DNA of 64,000 nt from Diplonema japonicum. Its lineage: Eukaryota > Protista > Euglenozoa: Diplonemea. The stretch covers positions 62,001 through 126,000 of the forward strand of contig OZ025706.1 of assembly GCA_964019335.1 (NCBI GenBank), given 5' to 3'. A model generated the notes under the pieces. The model was not told where the DNA came from. It did not search any database and saw nothing but the letters and a program-made list of their open reading frames with translations. Positions 1 through 11,373 of the stretch are shown piece after piece (the first letter of the stretch is position 1; each line of letters starts with the position of its first letter). A program made the translations under genes and the position numbers.

Positions 1-1486
1 AGAAGAAGAATTTTACGCCTCATATCTCTAAAACCCCGTTTTAGCATCCCCTCGTGTCGGAGGGCACAGAAATTACCATTTCCTTCAAAAACAATGAAAT
101 CGTTTCGCAACACTTCAACAATAGTTCGCTGACTTTCGTTTTCGAAAAGTACAGGATTGACTAGAGATACAGGGCGTGAAAAAAAGGGGGGGATGAAACA
201 TATGTTCAGGAGGTGTAAGGTGTTGTTCCTACCCTTCCCTGCCAGCCATCATTTGCTGATAGAAAAAAAAGACAGATAGAAAAAAAAAAAAAAAAACCTC
301 AGAAAAGACGAAAGGTTAAATTAGGCCCATCACTTGGTCCAAAAAAAAAAAATAAAAAAAAAAGGAAAACAAATATATGAGTTAAAGGAAGTCTTTGTGA
401 GACGCCCTCTTGTTCTCATGTTCTACCAAACAAATAAAAGAGTTAAAGGAGGCCGGTGTTTGCGGCGCCCTGCACAAAAACTGGCGATGACCGACGAGGA
501 GGTTCTTTATCCCCACCACCTGAAAAAAAAGGGGGGGGGGAACACCCAGTTTCCCCTGCCACTGTCCCCACTATATCTCAGCTTCTACGTTTTGGGAAGA
601 GAACGATAAACCAAAGCACTGGAGTGCTCTTCCCACAGTGCCTTCGGCCTTAGCATGGGAGAAAAAGGGGAAACAAAATAAACATTTAAAGTTTGCGTTT
701 TCGCGCTCACCAGCATGTCCCACGGCTAAAAAAAGATGAAAGATGAGATAAAGGAGGTTCCTGCCTTTTGGGAACGCCCCCCTTTGTCCCTAATTATCAA
801 CCCAAATAAAAGTCCGCTCTAACGTACTGTGTCAGGCAGTGGTCCCTATGAGGGGGCCTGTGATCAACGAACTGCGCCGCCTCTTAAGGCAGTAATGCCT
901 CATATCTCTTAGCAACACGGCGGCCCACATAACATTTTCCTTTAATATTTTCAAAAAGAAAATTACATTTTTGTGAAACTTTTGCATGTTCCCTTTCGCC
1001 TAGCCCTAGCGCGAATTCAGCAACGAAAAAAAAAAAAAGAAGGAAAAAAAAATAGTAAAAATAAAAATAAAAAGTACAGCTGGCACTTTTAATTCTATAA
1101 AAAAAAAGGACACCTCTCTCTATAAAATCTCTGTAAACACATCTTTACCTTTTCAACTGCATTTTCCAATACAACTTATTGGCGCTCCACTCAGGCCGTC
1201 GTCTCTGTGCAATAAAAAAAATATATAAAAAAAAGGAGGCACGTTACGTAAACACGCACGTTGGTGTGAGCTTTAAAGGTGAAGCTGAAACGCGTCTCAG
1301 ACTAGGCGGGGCCACACACCCGTAGGCATCAGATCTGGGGGTGGGCCTTTTTTTTTTTTTTTTTTTTTCTTCTTATTTTCGCCCGTTAACTAAAACGTAC
1401 ACGGCTTCCGGGAGTAATAAAAAAAAAAACGATTTTCGTTCTTTACCTCTTCTTTTTCTTTCCTTTTTTTCCCCCCTTTTTTCTTT

Positions 1487-3688
1487 TTAAAGGTGTGTAT
1501 TGATTAAGAGGGCGGTTAGAACAAAAATAGCGATGAGGAGGAGGAGGATCAAAATCTTTTTCTTATGTCCCTTGACGAATGTAAGGAGGCCTGACTCCTC
1601 CTTCATGAAAGGGATGACGGGGATGGGCTTATCATCGGCAATATCCAACATGGGTGCAGGAGGGGTGGTCTCTGCGGACCCCGGGACACCACTGTCAATT
1701 CTACTCACCATCGTCTCGTCAGCCGCGTTTACACTAAACGCGATCCCGTTCACAAGGTCGTTCTCGCTGATGGAGTCCGAATGAGGAGTTTCGGCCATTT
1801 CAGGAAGTATATTGATAAGGCTCAGGCAGCTCCCGACAAGGTGCTTCGTGATCTCTCGCTTCTCCTCATTAAGACCCACGTTCTCCATTGTGCCCGGCTT
1901 GCTCGCTGCGATTCTCTTGCTGCCCTGTATTTTTTTTTTTTTTTTTTTTTTTCCCCTTCCTCCCCATTCAACACACCACTGATTTTCGCGATTTGTTCGT
2001 TGTAAACGAAGTACCCGACATGCTGCTGATGGAGGCCTGTGGAGGTGTACATAATTGAGACAACGTACCTTATCGTTAAATGGGTATTTCCTTGTCTTCC
2101 GCTTCCCTCTGCTGTTGACGGGCGAGGGTGCGTACGAGGTCTCCACGAGGCTGTGCTCGAACACTGTCGACGCTCCGAAGCTCATCTGCGATGTGGTCTC
2201 GTTGCCGTAGACATCCCTGTGCTCGTGCTGCACCTCTGCCACATGCGGGATGATCAGGCTGTTCTTATGGTGTACCACCAACGGAGAGTGGATCCCATTT
2301 GGGGCAGGCGACATTGCAGCTTCCGACCGCTGCCCTTGGTACAGCGCCTTCTCAGTTGATGCCACCGACACACGGCTGCCGTAGTCACCTTCCTCGTCTT
2401 CCTCCTCTTCGCTCGTGCCGCAATCAAGATATTGATGTTCAATGAGTTCCGTACAACTGGGCCTATCCTCCGGAAGCTTGTTGAAACACGGGACGAGAAA
2501 CTTCACAAGATCCTCGCCCCAGTACGAAGGGAGCGGCGGGAGGGGCGCGTCGCTTCCGATGATCTTCATCAGCTTGAACGTCACTGTCGTGATGTAACCA
2601 AACGGCGGGCCTGCTGTGAACATCTCCATCACGGTGCACCCCAAGCTCCACACGTCGCAAGGCATGCCCCCGCCTGAGCCGTTGATCACCTCGGGTGCCA
2701 TCCACGCTGGCGTTCCTTTCAGGTCCTCCTGTTCCTCTTTGTCTTTGTCGACATTCTTATTCACGTCCACAATGAAAGTTGCAGTCCCAAAGTCTGCCAG
2801 CTTGCACACCCCTCCTACTGTTAGCAGCACGTTGGCGCCTTTCACGTCCCTGTGGATAACATTGTTCGCATGCAGGTACTCCAGAGCGTTCAGGATCTGC
2901 CGCGTGTAGTTCGTGACCGTCATCTCAGACAAACTACCGAACTCCGCTAGCAATGCCGCAATGGAACCGCCAGGTACGAACTCCATGAAGATGTTGATGG
3001 TGGACCCGACCCGTTCCGTGCACAGGTATTGCACGATGTTGTCGTGCTTCAAGGCCTTCATGACCTTGATCTCGTGCTGCAGGTCGGTGAGCTTGGCCGC
3101 GATGTTGAGGTCCCTGGCGCAGAACTCGATGGTTTTGACCGCCATGAGCTTCCCTGAGTCTTGATTGAGCCCGAGGCTGACCTTGCCCCATGCTCCCGCA
3201 CCGAGAAATTTTCCGCGCTTCCATCGCAGTTTCGCGGCGTCCTTCCTTAAGGGATTGGGCGATGCAGGTGGGGGCGTGGCGTGGGGTGAGTTAAGTGTAG
3301 GTGGTGCAAGTTGTGACGGCACAGGCATCGTGTGCAACACAGAGACACGAGTTGGAGAGGTTCTGGGCGACGATACGACAGATTTGGGTGAGACAGGGCG
3401 GCTGCATTGAGATTGCCTCGGTGAACTAGACCGATTACAGAATTGATTCCCGTTGCGGGAGAGCAGCGTTGGTGACCCTATGTACTCCTCATTATCAGCG
3501 CTCCTACATGATCGCTTCGAGGGACTGAACGACGGCTTCCTCCTGCACGGTGTTCGAAAAAGATATTAAATATACATCGCATACCTATTGAAGCTGTGGC
3601 TCCTCCCAAGGTCACTGCCACGAGTTTTGCCCAGCGACGAGGCCGTCGAGGCCCGAGGAAGAGATGCTGCAGCTGAGTTCCTCCCCAT
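1487..3688 (-). CDS. STE11-like (MAP3K) Ser/Thr kinase with C-terminal transmembrane anchor; 3 predicted introns (3543-3584, 2037-2068, 1925-1976)
   Basis: GAGAWG, AVK, HRDVKGAN, DFG and GTPAWMAPE motifs; hydrophobic tail ILILLLLIAIFVLTALLI. The frame is open upstream of 3340 to an AG at 3543, and splicing joins MGRNSAA...SFNR|RKPSF. Removing two GT-AG mini-introns gives NDK|ASISSMSG...KSV|GSKR in frame. Confidence 0.9.
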
Positions 3689-3815
3689 ATCGGCTCCTCG
3701 CGTCACACATCTCCTTCCCAACCCAGCTCTGAAAAAGTTAATACATTGAAATTGTAAATACACCATGCTTATTAGGGTACTGTTAAGAGGGTTTTTTAAA
3801 TACAAGGTAAGTGTT

Positions 3816-5385
3816 TTAAGCACCGAACATTTTCCTTGGCTTGATGGGGCCGGCTTTTTTCAATTGGTTGAAACGGTCCTGCTCTTGCTGCTTTTTACGA
3901 TTTGCGGCGTGTTTCTCCTCCTCGGCTTTTCGGAAAGCCAACCGTTCTTTTGTGAGATCCAACCATTTCGCATGCGCGAATGCCTCGCGTTTCTGGTGCT
4001 GCTTGTTGTGGAGCACAGGGTTAAGGGTGAAGGTGGACACGAGGTGAGCGACGTGGAAGGCTAGCTGATGCGATATGATCAAGGCTGGCTTGTTGGTGAC
4101 CCGGGTGCCAGAGGGGTCGAGGGATGGAAGGGTAAAGGTGAACCGTGCTCCAGGTACATGCTCATCAAAGAAAGCTGCTGTCCTTGCATTGTTGGTCTGT
4201 GTCTTGAGCTCTGTTTGATATGCTTGCGTTTCGCGCCACGTTCTCTCCTTTGTTGTGAGAAACTGGTCGCTTATGTGAAGCGACACGAAACACTTCTGTG
4301 ACACAAGCCAGTCTAGCACTCGAAGCACGTTGCTGTTAAAGATCCCACCCCCGACAGCCGCTTCCTTGCATTCTGTCATCAGCCTGAGATCCGCCTCTCC
4401 CTTCCAATCCCGCTTTATCTTTTTCGTGCTGCACACCACACACCCATCCTTCCCGGCATTGGGTAGCACATGCCGTCCCACATCAGGGCACTCTTCCTTC
4501 ACAATCTCAGCGGCTACCTGTCAATTGTCGTAGCAAACACGGCTTTGCATACCTCATCACGGCACAGTGACAACACGAACCTGCTTTGCTTGCAGTCTTC
4601 CAACACCATCTCAATCTCCACCAAGTCCTCCGTTGGGGAGGCCGTGAAGTACTCATACGCCATTTGGAAGAACTATTTTTTTTTTTTTTTTTTTTTTTCC
4701 CTGGGAAGAAAAAAAATTAACATACGTTGTGTCTCTTCCTCAGCTGCAGTGTTATGAGGCAGTACTTGACGTTTGTCATGCCTGTGGCGTACACGCTGAA
4801 GATGTTGCAACCGTCTTTGTAAATGAGCGAGTCATCGTGCTGTGCTACACCCCCAGCCTTGGGCACCCCGAATCCTGTGTAGGTGAAGTTGTCGTCAAGG
4901 CAGTCCAGGATCGAGGCTGTGTACACCTTGGCTATGTTGTCATTTGAGGCAGTCCCGTGCCACCACGTGGCAGCGAACAGCACTGTCAGGATGAGACCGC
5001 AGATCAACAATGCCACGCTCTCCTTGGGCCGCTCTTTTATTTTTGTGGTGTCTTCTGTACTTGTCTTCAGGTCCATATCCATATCCATATCCATATCCAT
5101 ATCCATATCCATATCCATATCCATATCCATATCCATATCCATATCCATATCCATATCCATGCCCAAGTCCATGTCCGTATCTGTATCTGTGCCTGAATCT
5201 GTATCTATGCCCACGCCCATGTCAGCATCAATGCCCACCTCAGTCTCTCCCTGCATTCCCCCCTCTTCGAAGTCTTCGTCCACAAACCTGTTACTGGGAT
5301 CATCATCATCCTCATCGAAGTCCTCGATGCTGTACCCCCTGCATGCCAGCAGCATGGTGCACATCACCAACAGGTGAAACCTCAT
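3816..5385 (-). CDS. CCDC47: CCDC47/DUF1682-like ER membrane protein (PAT complex subunit); introns 4673-4725 and 4518-4552
   Basis: Signal peptide, acidic lumenal region, one TM, YATG...LQLRKRHN motif, and a basic coiled-coil C-terminus ending KPRKMFGA. Two GTATG...AG introns join ORFs 4717..5385 and 3816..4502 in frame. Confidence 0.8.
5072..5160. repeat. (ATCCAT)n coding hexanucleotide microsatellite encoding (DM)n
   Basis: About 15 perfect tandem copies, read directly. Confidence 0.97.
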
Positions 5386-5439
5386 GTTTATGGCCTGTGA
5401 TACGTGTGGTCTGTCACGCGATGGGGTGGTGTATACAAG

Positions 5440-6240
5440 TCACAACAGCAGCCTAGCAGGACTCACGCTAGGAGACTGCGGTTCGTCGGCTATGTCCAGC
5501 CGTCGCATGAGGTAGTCTTTATGTTGGTCAAGCTTCCTGTCGAAGCTCTCTGAAGGGTAGGGAGGGGTGATGGCAGGAGCCTGTTTAAGGCGTTGCAAGA
5601 TGGGCGTCACCGGGGAGTCTTCCCTTTGTGGCGTGTAGAGGGAGAGGGTAGTGGGGTTCCAGTTGATCCCGTTCCGCCGGACAACATATGTGGGCGACGG
5701 GGGCTGGCGGGAGGGTGTGGTCACCAGATCTTTGACGTCAGCTTCCAGTTTGGCGTGCTTCTTGCACAGGCTCTCCATGATGCCCATGAGCTTTGTGTTG
5801 GTGGTGGACACGGCGAGGCCTTCGCTGGCGAAGGTGCGGGACTTGATTTCGTTCTCTTTGGCGAGGAAGGAGTTCCCCTCCTGCAGCACGGCGATGGTGT
5901 TGCGGAGGTCTTGGATCTCTTGCTGCTGTGTGTTGCGCTGCCTCTGTAGAGTCTCTGACAGTTGGTTCTTGTCAGCTTGCAGCTCCTGGATGCGAGACGT
6001 AAGTGCTGCAAGGGGGTCGGTCCCCACCCTTGTCTCCTCTACACGCGGTAGCACCGCAGACGGGGTGTGCGATGCCTCTGCAGGAGCAAGATCACCATAA
6101 CTCGTGCCCATAATGGTTTTCATCATTTCCGCATGGTTTTTACACTGCTCCAAAGCCGCTGCGGCTGGGCTCCCCACACACCCCAAGGAGGGCACAGGTA
6201 CCCTTCCCGGCGAGAGGTCCTTGTAGCTTAGCTGTGCCAT
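5440..6240 (-). CDS. Hypothetical coiled-coil protein (MAQLSYKDLSP...)
   Basis: Long ORF with heptad coiled coil. The upstream poly-F part of the listed ORF is a polypyrimidine tract, so the ATG at 6240 is preferred. Confidence 0.7.
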   Translation of the reverse strand: MAQLSYKDLSPGRVPVPSLGCVGSPAAAALEQCKNHAEMMKTIMGTSYGDLAPAEASHTPSAVLPRVEETRVGTDPLAALTSRIQELQADKNQLSETLQRQRNTQQQEIQDLRNTIAVLQEGNSFLAKENEIKSRTFASEGLAVSTTNTKLMGIMESLCKKHAKLEADVKDLVTTPSRQPPSPTYVVRRNGINWNPTTLSLYTPQREDSPVTPILQRLKQAPAITPPYPSESFDRKLDQHKDYLMRRLDIADEPQSPSVSPARLLL

Positions 6241-6607
6241 GCGCCGTCCTTTTGCTTGTTTAAGGTGATATTGGAAGGAATAATCAAAAAGTGAGTGGAA
6301 CAAAAACGAAAAAAAAAAAAAAAAAAAAAAGAAGAAGAAGAAAAAGGTGTCGTAAATAGATATTTGAGCCAAGGAAGTCTCTAGGTTTCAGCAGCATGAG
6401 TTGAATTTAACAAATGTAAAACACCCCACTCCTTTAAAAAAAAAAAAAAAGAATCTTCCCAAACGATGGGTTCTATCCATATATATATGCCTGCCTTTTT
6501 TCTTTTTTAAATTCTGGGTGGAGGAAAAGATGGTCCCATTATTGCCTAAATGCTTTCTTGACTTTTAGATTTCAGAGGGACATTCACTTGGGCGAGGGCC
6601 ACCAAAA

Positions 6608-6710
6608 AACTAGTTTGGCGCTCCATTTGTTTGTGCGCACGAGCGGAATTTTACCTAATAAAATAGCTCATTACGCTGCCATCAACTAGTTTTTAGTCTC
6701 GACAATAATA
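6608..6710. repeat. Dispersed ~100-bp repeat family A, copy 1
   Basis: Closely matches 40169-40272 (AACTAGTTTGGCGC...ACCTAATAAAATAGCTCATTACGCTGCCATCAACTAGT...GTCTCGACAATAATA). Confidence 0.9.
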
Positions 6711-6934
6711 TTGTTAAAACAAAAAAAAAAGAAGAAAAAAAAGATACACAGAAAAAATACACAGGAAAAAAAAAGGGGGTGTGTGCAAATGTTTCTTCTT
6801 TTTTTTTTTTTGTTTACACGCAGCAGGAAATCGGGACAACAAAAAAAAAAAAAAACGGGCATTAAGAAGATAAATCACACCATGCTAGGTGGCGGGAGCA
6901 AGGGCTTTTTTTTTTTCTCTTTTTTTTTTTTTAG

Positions 6935-7228
6935 GGGTAATTCACTTTCGGTTAACCCAAGTAAAGTGCTGAAATTCACTTAATACCCAAAACCGGTTTT
7001 TTGAAATCTGCCGAATATCGCTGAAAATAGTGGCTTCACCTGTCTGGTGAGCGACACTCTGAAGGCTTGCGCACAAGCAAAGAATAGTTCGCCAATTTCT
7101 TTTTTTTTTTTTTTTTTCTTTTTGCTTTATTTTCAAGTTTCCCTTTGCCCTAATTTTGGGTACAAAGTGAATTTTCGACTTTTTTTGTATAAGTGAATTT
7201 CAGTACTTTTTTTTTGGGTACTAACCCC
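6935..7228. mobile_element. Degenerate MITE-like element with imperfect inverted ends
   Basis: Left AAAGTGCTGAAATTCACTTAATAC is the near reverse complement of right GTATAAGTGAATTTTCAGTACTTT; AATTCACTT is reiterated at both ends. No TSD resolved. Confidence 0.5.
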
Positions 7229-7639
7229 CCCCATTTTCTTTCTTGAAAGAAACAAATAAAAAAATAAAAAAAAAAGGTTTTTTCTTTTTTTCTAAATGGG
7301 GTACGAGGTATACCTGTTTTTTTTTCTTCTTCTTTCTATATAAGATAAATTCACTTTTTGTTAGTTTTTTCACACATATGACCCATTTAGAAAAAAAAGC
7401 TTACCCACGTTTTTAAAAGGAAAATGATTTTCTTTTCTCTTTTTTGGGATGGGGGAGGGTACCAGGTGATATCGCTTGAAAAGGAAGGAGGGATCATAAA
7501 AAAAAAAAAAAAAAAAAAAAAGGGAAACTAGTTTTTCTTTTCTTTTTTTCCTTCTTTCCTTTGATTAAAAATAAAAAAAAACACAAAGATCAACACTCAG
7601 CTAGGTTTCTTTTTCCCGTCTCCCCTCCCCTCCTTTTTC

Positions 7640-10494
7640 TTAAATCTCTTTACTGTCCAACTCCCACGGGGCTGGCTTAGGGACTATTTTCTGGAGCATA
7701 AATATGAGCTTGTCGATAATGATTGGAGAGACCTTTTGTTTAAATAAAATAAAATCTTATTCCTACCCTTCGCGCATACCTTTTCTGAGTAGTCATCATT
7801 GAGGCAGGCAAAACGTGTCACCCCGTCGCTGAGCCGGCTGTACATCTTCTCTGTATCAGTGGTGTCCTTGACCATTGTGAAGTAGCCCTGCTTGCTTGAA
7901 GCGGTAGAGTACTTTTTAACAACAGAATTCAACGCTTGTGTGATGTCTTCCCTGCAAGACTCCTTCAGTGCCGTTACCTTGACGCCTGATGCAGCTGCCT
8001 CCGTGCACACTGGGGTCAGAAGTTCCCCCAGCTCCTTCTTTTTCTTCTCAGACCATTTCGCAGGGTGCTGTCCCGCTATGCGGCACATGATGTCTGTGAT
8101 GCCCACATCACCCAGGCTCGTTTCCAGCCCCCCTAGCACGAGCTTCGATGTCCCCAGCAGCACGTCCTCGCTCAGCGACTGCATGAACCACGCGTACCCG
8201 AAGTTGGGCTCGAAGTCTCTCGGTGTTCTGAACTTGTTCCTGTTCAGGTCCTTGAACTCCTCTGCAAACTCCCGCCTCACCTCCGCCTGCAGTATCTTGT
8301 CAAACACCGGTGGAACATGTGCCTGTGACAACCACGTCATCTCGGGTAATCTGAAGTAGTTCTCGACCACTTTCTTGGTGTGCACCAGCGAGTCTTTGTA
8401 CGGCCCTGTTTTATGCGCGCTCGCCCTAAACTTCACCCTGTAGTACTGAACTGTGCTCAGCAGGTTGTCCCCCAGCACAGCAGACGGCGGTGTCGGCCTC
8501 ACAACCATGAAGTCGTCGTCCATGGAGAGGTACCGCAGTGCGAGGTGCGGGATGCTCCACAGCCTCGACTGGATGGAGTTGCTGTTCAGCTGTGGGAGTT
8601 CATCCCCCGAGAAGATGGCGCTGTGCGGCACGTAAGACACATAAGGGTTGCTGTCGTTCAGCCAGTCAGGCTTCGGCGTCCCGCTCACCACCCAGATGTG
8701 CCGCACCCATGGCATGAACTTCCTGACGCTTCGCAGCCCATAGCGCAGCTGCCCCGTGTCTCGCGTTCTGCTCTTTCTTTTGTCTTCTCGCTTCTGGGAA
8801 TATTTAATAGTTTGCTCGATGAGCGCAGGGTCTGACCCGTTCACCCACGTGAAGACAACATCGAACCCAGAGCACCCCGGCAGCACCTCGTATGTCTTCG
8901 TTCCATTGTAGTGAGGGTAATCGCAATCCATGCCCAGCCACCCGTTGTGGCAGACACACCCTGCCTCTGTGCACACACCGTTGCCGCTGCACGTCCCGCA
9001 ACTACTGTCCAAACCGTCCAGCTTGATCTTAAGCTTGGGCTTCGGGGTGGTGACTGGCTGCAGAGCGGCTGCGGAGTCAGACTCCTTAAGGGTGCCCTGT
9101 ACCGCCTTCCGTAGACGCCTCGACATGATCTCGAGCGACTCTGACCATGCTGCGATGTCAGGCCGCTTTACAGAGCGGGCGCCGTCCAGTTCGAACTCGG
9201 ACGGGAAAGGGTAGATACGATGCAGGAAGGCCTTCACAAGCTCTCCGGACTCGGGGTTGTTCCACCCGTCGTTCACTGTAAAGAACATGTGCGGGTTCAT
9301 CACGTGCTCCGCCATTTTCTTGTACGCCGCACGGTAGTCGTCCTTCACGATGCAGAGCTGCGCGTCGAGGTCCCTGTTCCCCACGTGGTTCGAAAACCTG
9401 ATGTCGTTCTCGGCGCCCTTTTCGATCACAAGGTTGTGGTGCAGGAAGGGGATCAACACGTCGTCGTAGTACCTGAACTTCATCTTGCTGGCGGCCGTGA
9501 GCTCCTTCGGCCAGATATCCCACATCATAGCAAAAGCTTTCTTGGAGTACACGAAGGGTGCGTGCTTCACGAACTTCCTGGTGCGGTACCCGTGTCTGTC
9601 GCTGAGCATTCCGATAGTGTGGTACACAGACCCGAGCCATTGCTTCTGCCGCAGCCTCTTCAGACGCTTGTAGTCGTCTGTGCCACCATTGACGGTGTTC
9701 CCCTCGTGGTAGAGGCGGATGCCGCCATCGTCTGTAATGAGGTCTGACTGGTGCATGGGCTGTAAGGTGTGAGTTAAACTTAGCTGCCTGCATACTCTTC
9801 CTATTATGTAATCGTCGTTCATGTGGACGAAGATGTCAGTGAGCCCCTCTATCCTGTGCATGTTCTGCTCGATGACAGCAGAGTTGAAGGCAGGCTGCGC
9901 ATCTCTGTTAAGGCTGACGAGAAATCAAATGACATACTTTTGGATGATGCTGTTCTGGTCCACAAGCTTTACTCTGGGGTGCGATTTGTTCAACCATGTC
10001 GGCCAGTGCCCCGGTGCGACGATAAAAATGGTGCCGTTGTGCCATGGCAGGTTTGCTGCGAGGGATCTGAAGGAGTGTAAGAGCTCTTCGGTTTCTCGGT
10101 AGCGAGACTCAGAACCCTTCTTGCCGTTTTGCCTTCGGAGCTCCCGGAAGTCAGGGTCGCTGCCGTTGACCCAAGTGTAGACAATGCTAATGTTGCAGAA
10201 CTGGTCCCAGAAAGGGTCTGTTAGTGCTCTCTTTGATCGCCACCCAGGCCGCTCAAGGCTGTATGAGGTACTAAATGTAGACACAGATACTCCTTTAAGG
10301 TACCCCATGCTGACTAGGTTCATCATCACGCAGATCAGTGCTGCTACAAGAACCGTAGCGAACCAACCCCCATAGTTCAGCTTGCTCTCCTTTTTAGTAT
10401 CTGCCCTCCCGCTCTTTCGGAGATCAGCCCGCACCTCGGTCTCCCCTGCATCCTCATTAGGCTGCCGCCGGAGTACGGGCACCCGCGAGGTCAT
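7640..10494 (-). CDS. Type II membrane Stealth-family hexose-1-phosphate transferase with two complete Stealth modules separated by an EGF-like domain; introns 9905-9937, 9760-9795, 7733-7779
   Basis: Module 1: VYTWVNGSDP, ELLHSFRS, AFNS..IE, MNDDY, HAPF, TVNDG. Module 2: VFTWVNGSDP, LRYGLRS, LNSNSIQ, MDDDF, HVPP, CLNDD. CSGNGVC...CVCHNGWLGMDC EGF. N-terminal TM. The spliced end reads VPKPAPWEL. Confidence 0.88.
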
Positions 10495-10662
10495 ATCATG
10501 AGGTGGGGGGCTTTGGTTGGTGCTAAAGAGGGGGGGGAAAAAAAAAACGAGGGTAAAAAAAATAGAAAAACTAAAACAGTTCCACGTTCAACGCACCGTG
10601 TAAAAGGGGAATGGGGAAGGGTGTAAGAAAAGTGTAAGAAAAAAAGGGGGAATAGAATATCT

Positions 10663-11244
10663 TCATGGGGCAAGGGGCTTCATGGGGATGTTTATGATGA
10701 AGTTGAAGACCGGCTGCTCCATTGCGTTCGCAATTGCAAGTAGGAAGGGGCACCATGTCTCGAGGCCGCTCTTTCCCTGTTCAATTAATTTGTACTCCTC
10801 TCCGGTGATCCCTGCAGTTTCGAGCACCTTTGATACGGGCATGTGAAGCTCTTCTCGGATAGTTTTTATAAGAGGCCCGCACCTCCCTTCTACGGCGTCT
10901 GTCGCCTTACCAGTTGTGGCGAGGAAGCGAGACGTTGGCTTGCCGGTTGCTACTGCGATGGCGCCCAACAGAGGGGCCCAGTGCTCAATCTAGAATTATT
11001 TTCTTTTCCCCCTCTTATAACAGCCTCATACCTCGCTGTTCCCCGATTCAATTTCATTGTACTTCTTCACACTCATCCCTGCTGCCATCGCCACATCTTC
11101 AGCAGTCCTGTTTTTTTTTTTTTTTTTTTTTTTTTCTTTTCTAATTTCCACGAAAAAAAAAAAAAAAAGAAACCTCGAAACAACGTTCCTCGCCGCCTTC
11201 ACCCTGCACCCGATCGTTTCTTGTTGATTTGCGAGCACAGACAT
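10663..11244 (-). CDS. Tandem XRE/Cro-C1-type helix-turn-helix protein (~157 aa); introns 11108-11173 and 10990-11031
   Basis: The spliced product has two repeats: IGCRVKAAR...TAEDVAMAAGMSVKKYNEIESG and CGPLIKTIRE...VSKVLETAGITGEEYKLIEQG, each followed by E.W.P.L.AIA.A. Confidence 0.78.
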
Positions 11245-11373
11245 ATTCCTTTTTTTTTTCTCTTTTTTTTTTGTGGCTGTAAAATTCGTATTTTCTTTTG
11301 ATTCGTTTCAAGAAGAAACAGAAAAGAAATGAAACGAAAGTGAAAGTGGAAGCACACTGCATATTTGATGCTC

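Noticed and set aside
805-930. AAAGTCCGC ... GCGGCCC resembling RNase P/MRP P4 helix halves
   Set aside because: The pairing is imperfect and other conserved regions are not identifiable; cannot be supported without a covariance-model search.
9925-9927. In-frame TGA in the Stealth gene suggesting selenocysteine or a non-standard genetic code
   Set aside because: It lies inside a 33-nt GTATG...CAG intron; TAA, TAG and TGA all act as normal stops in other genes.
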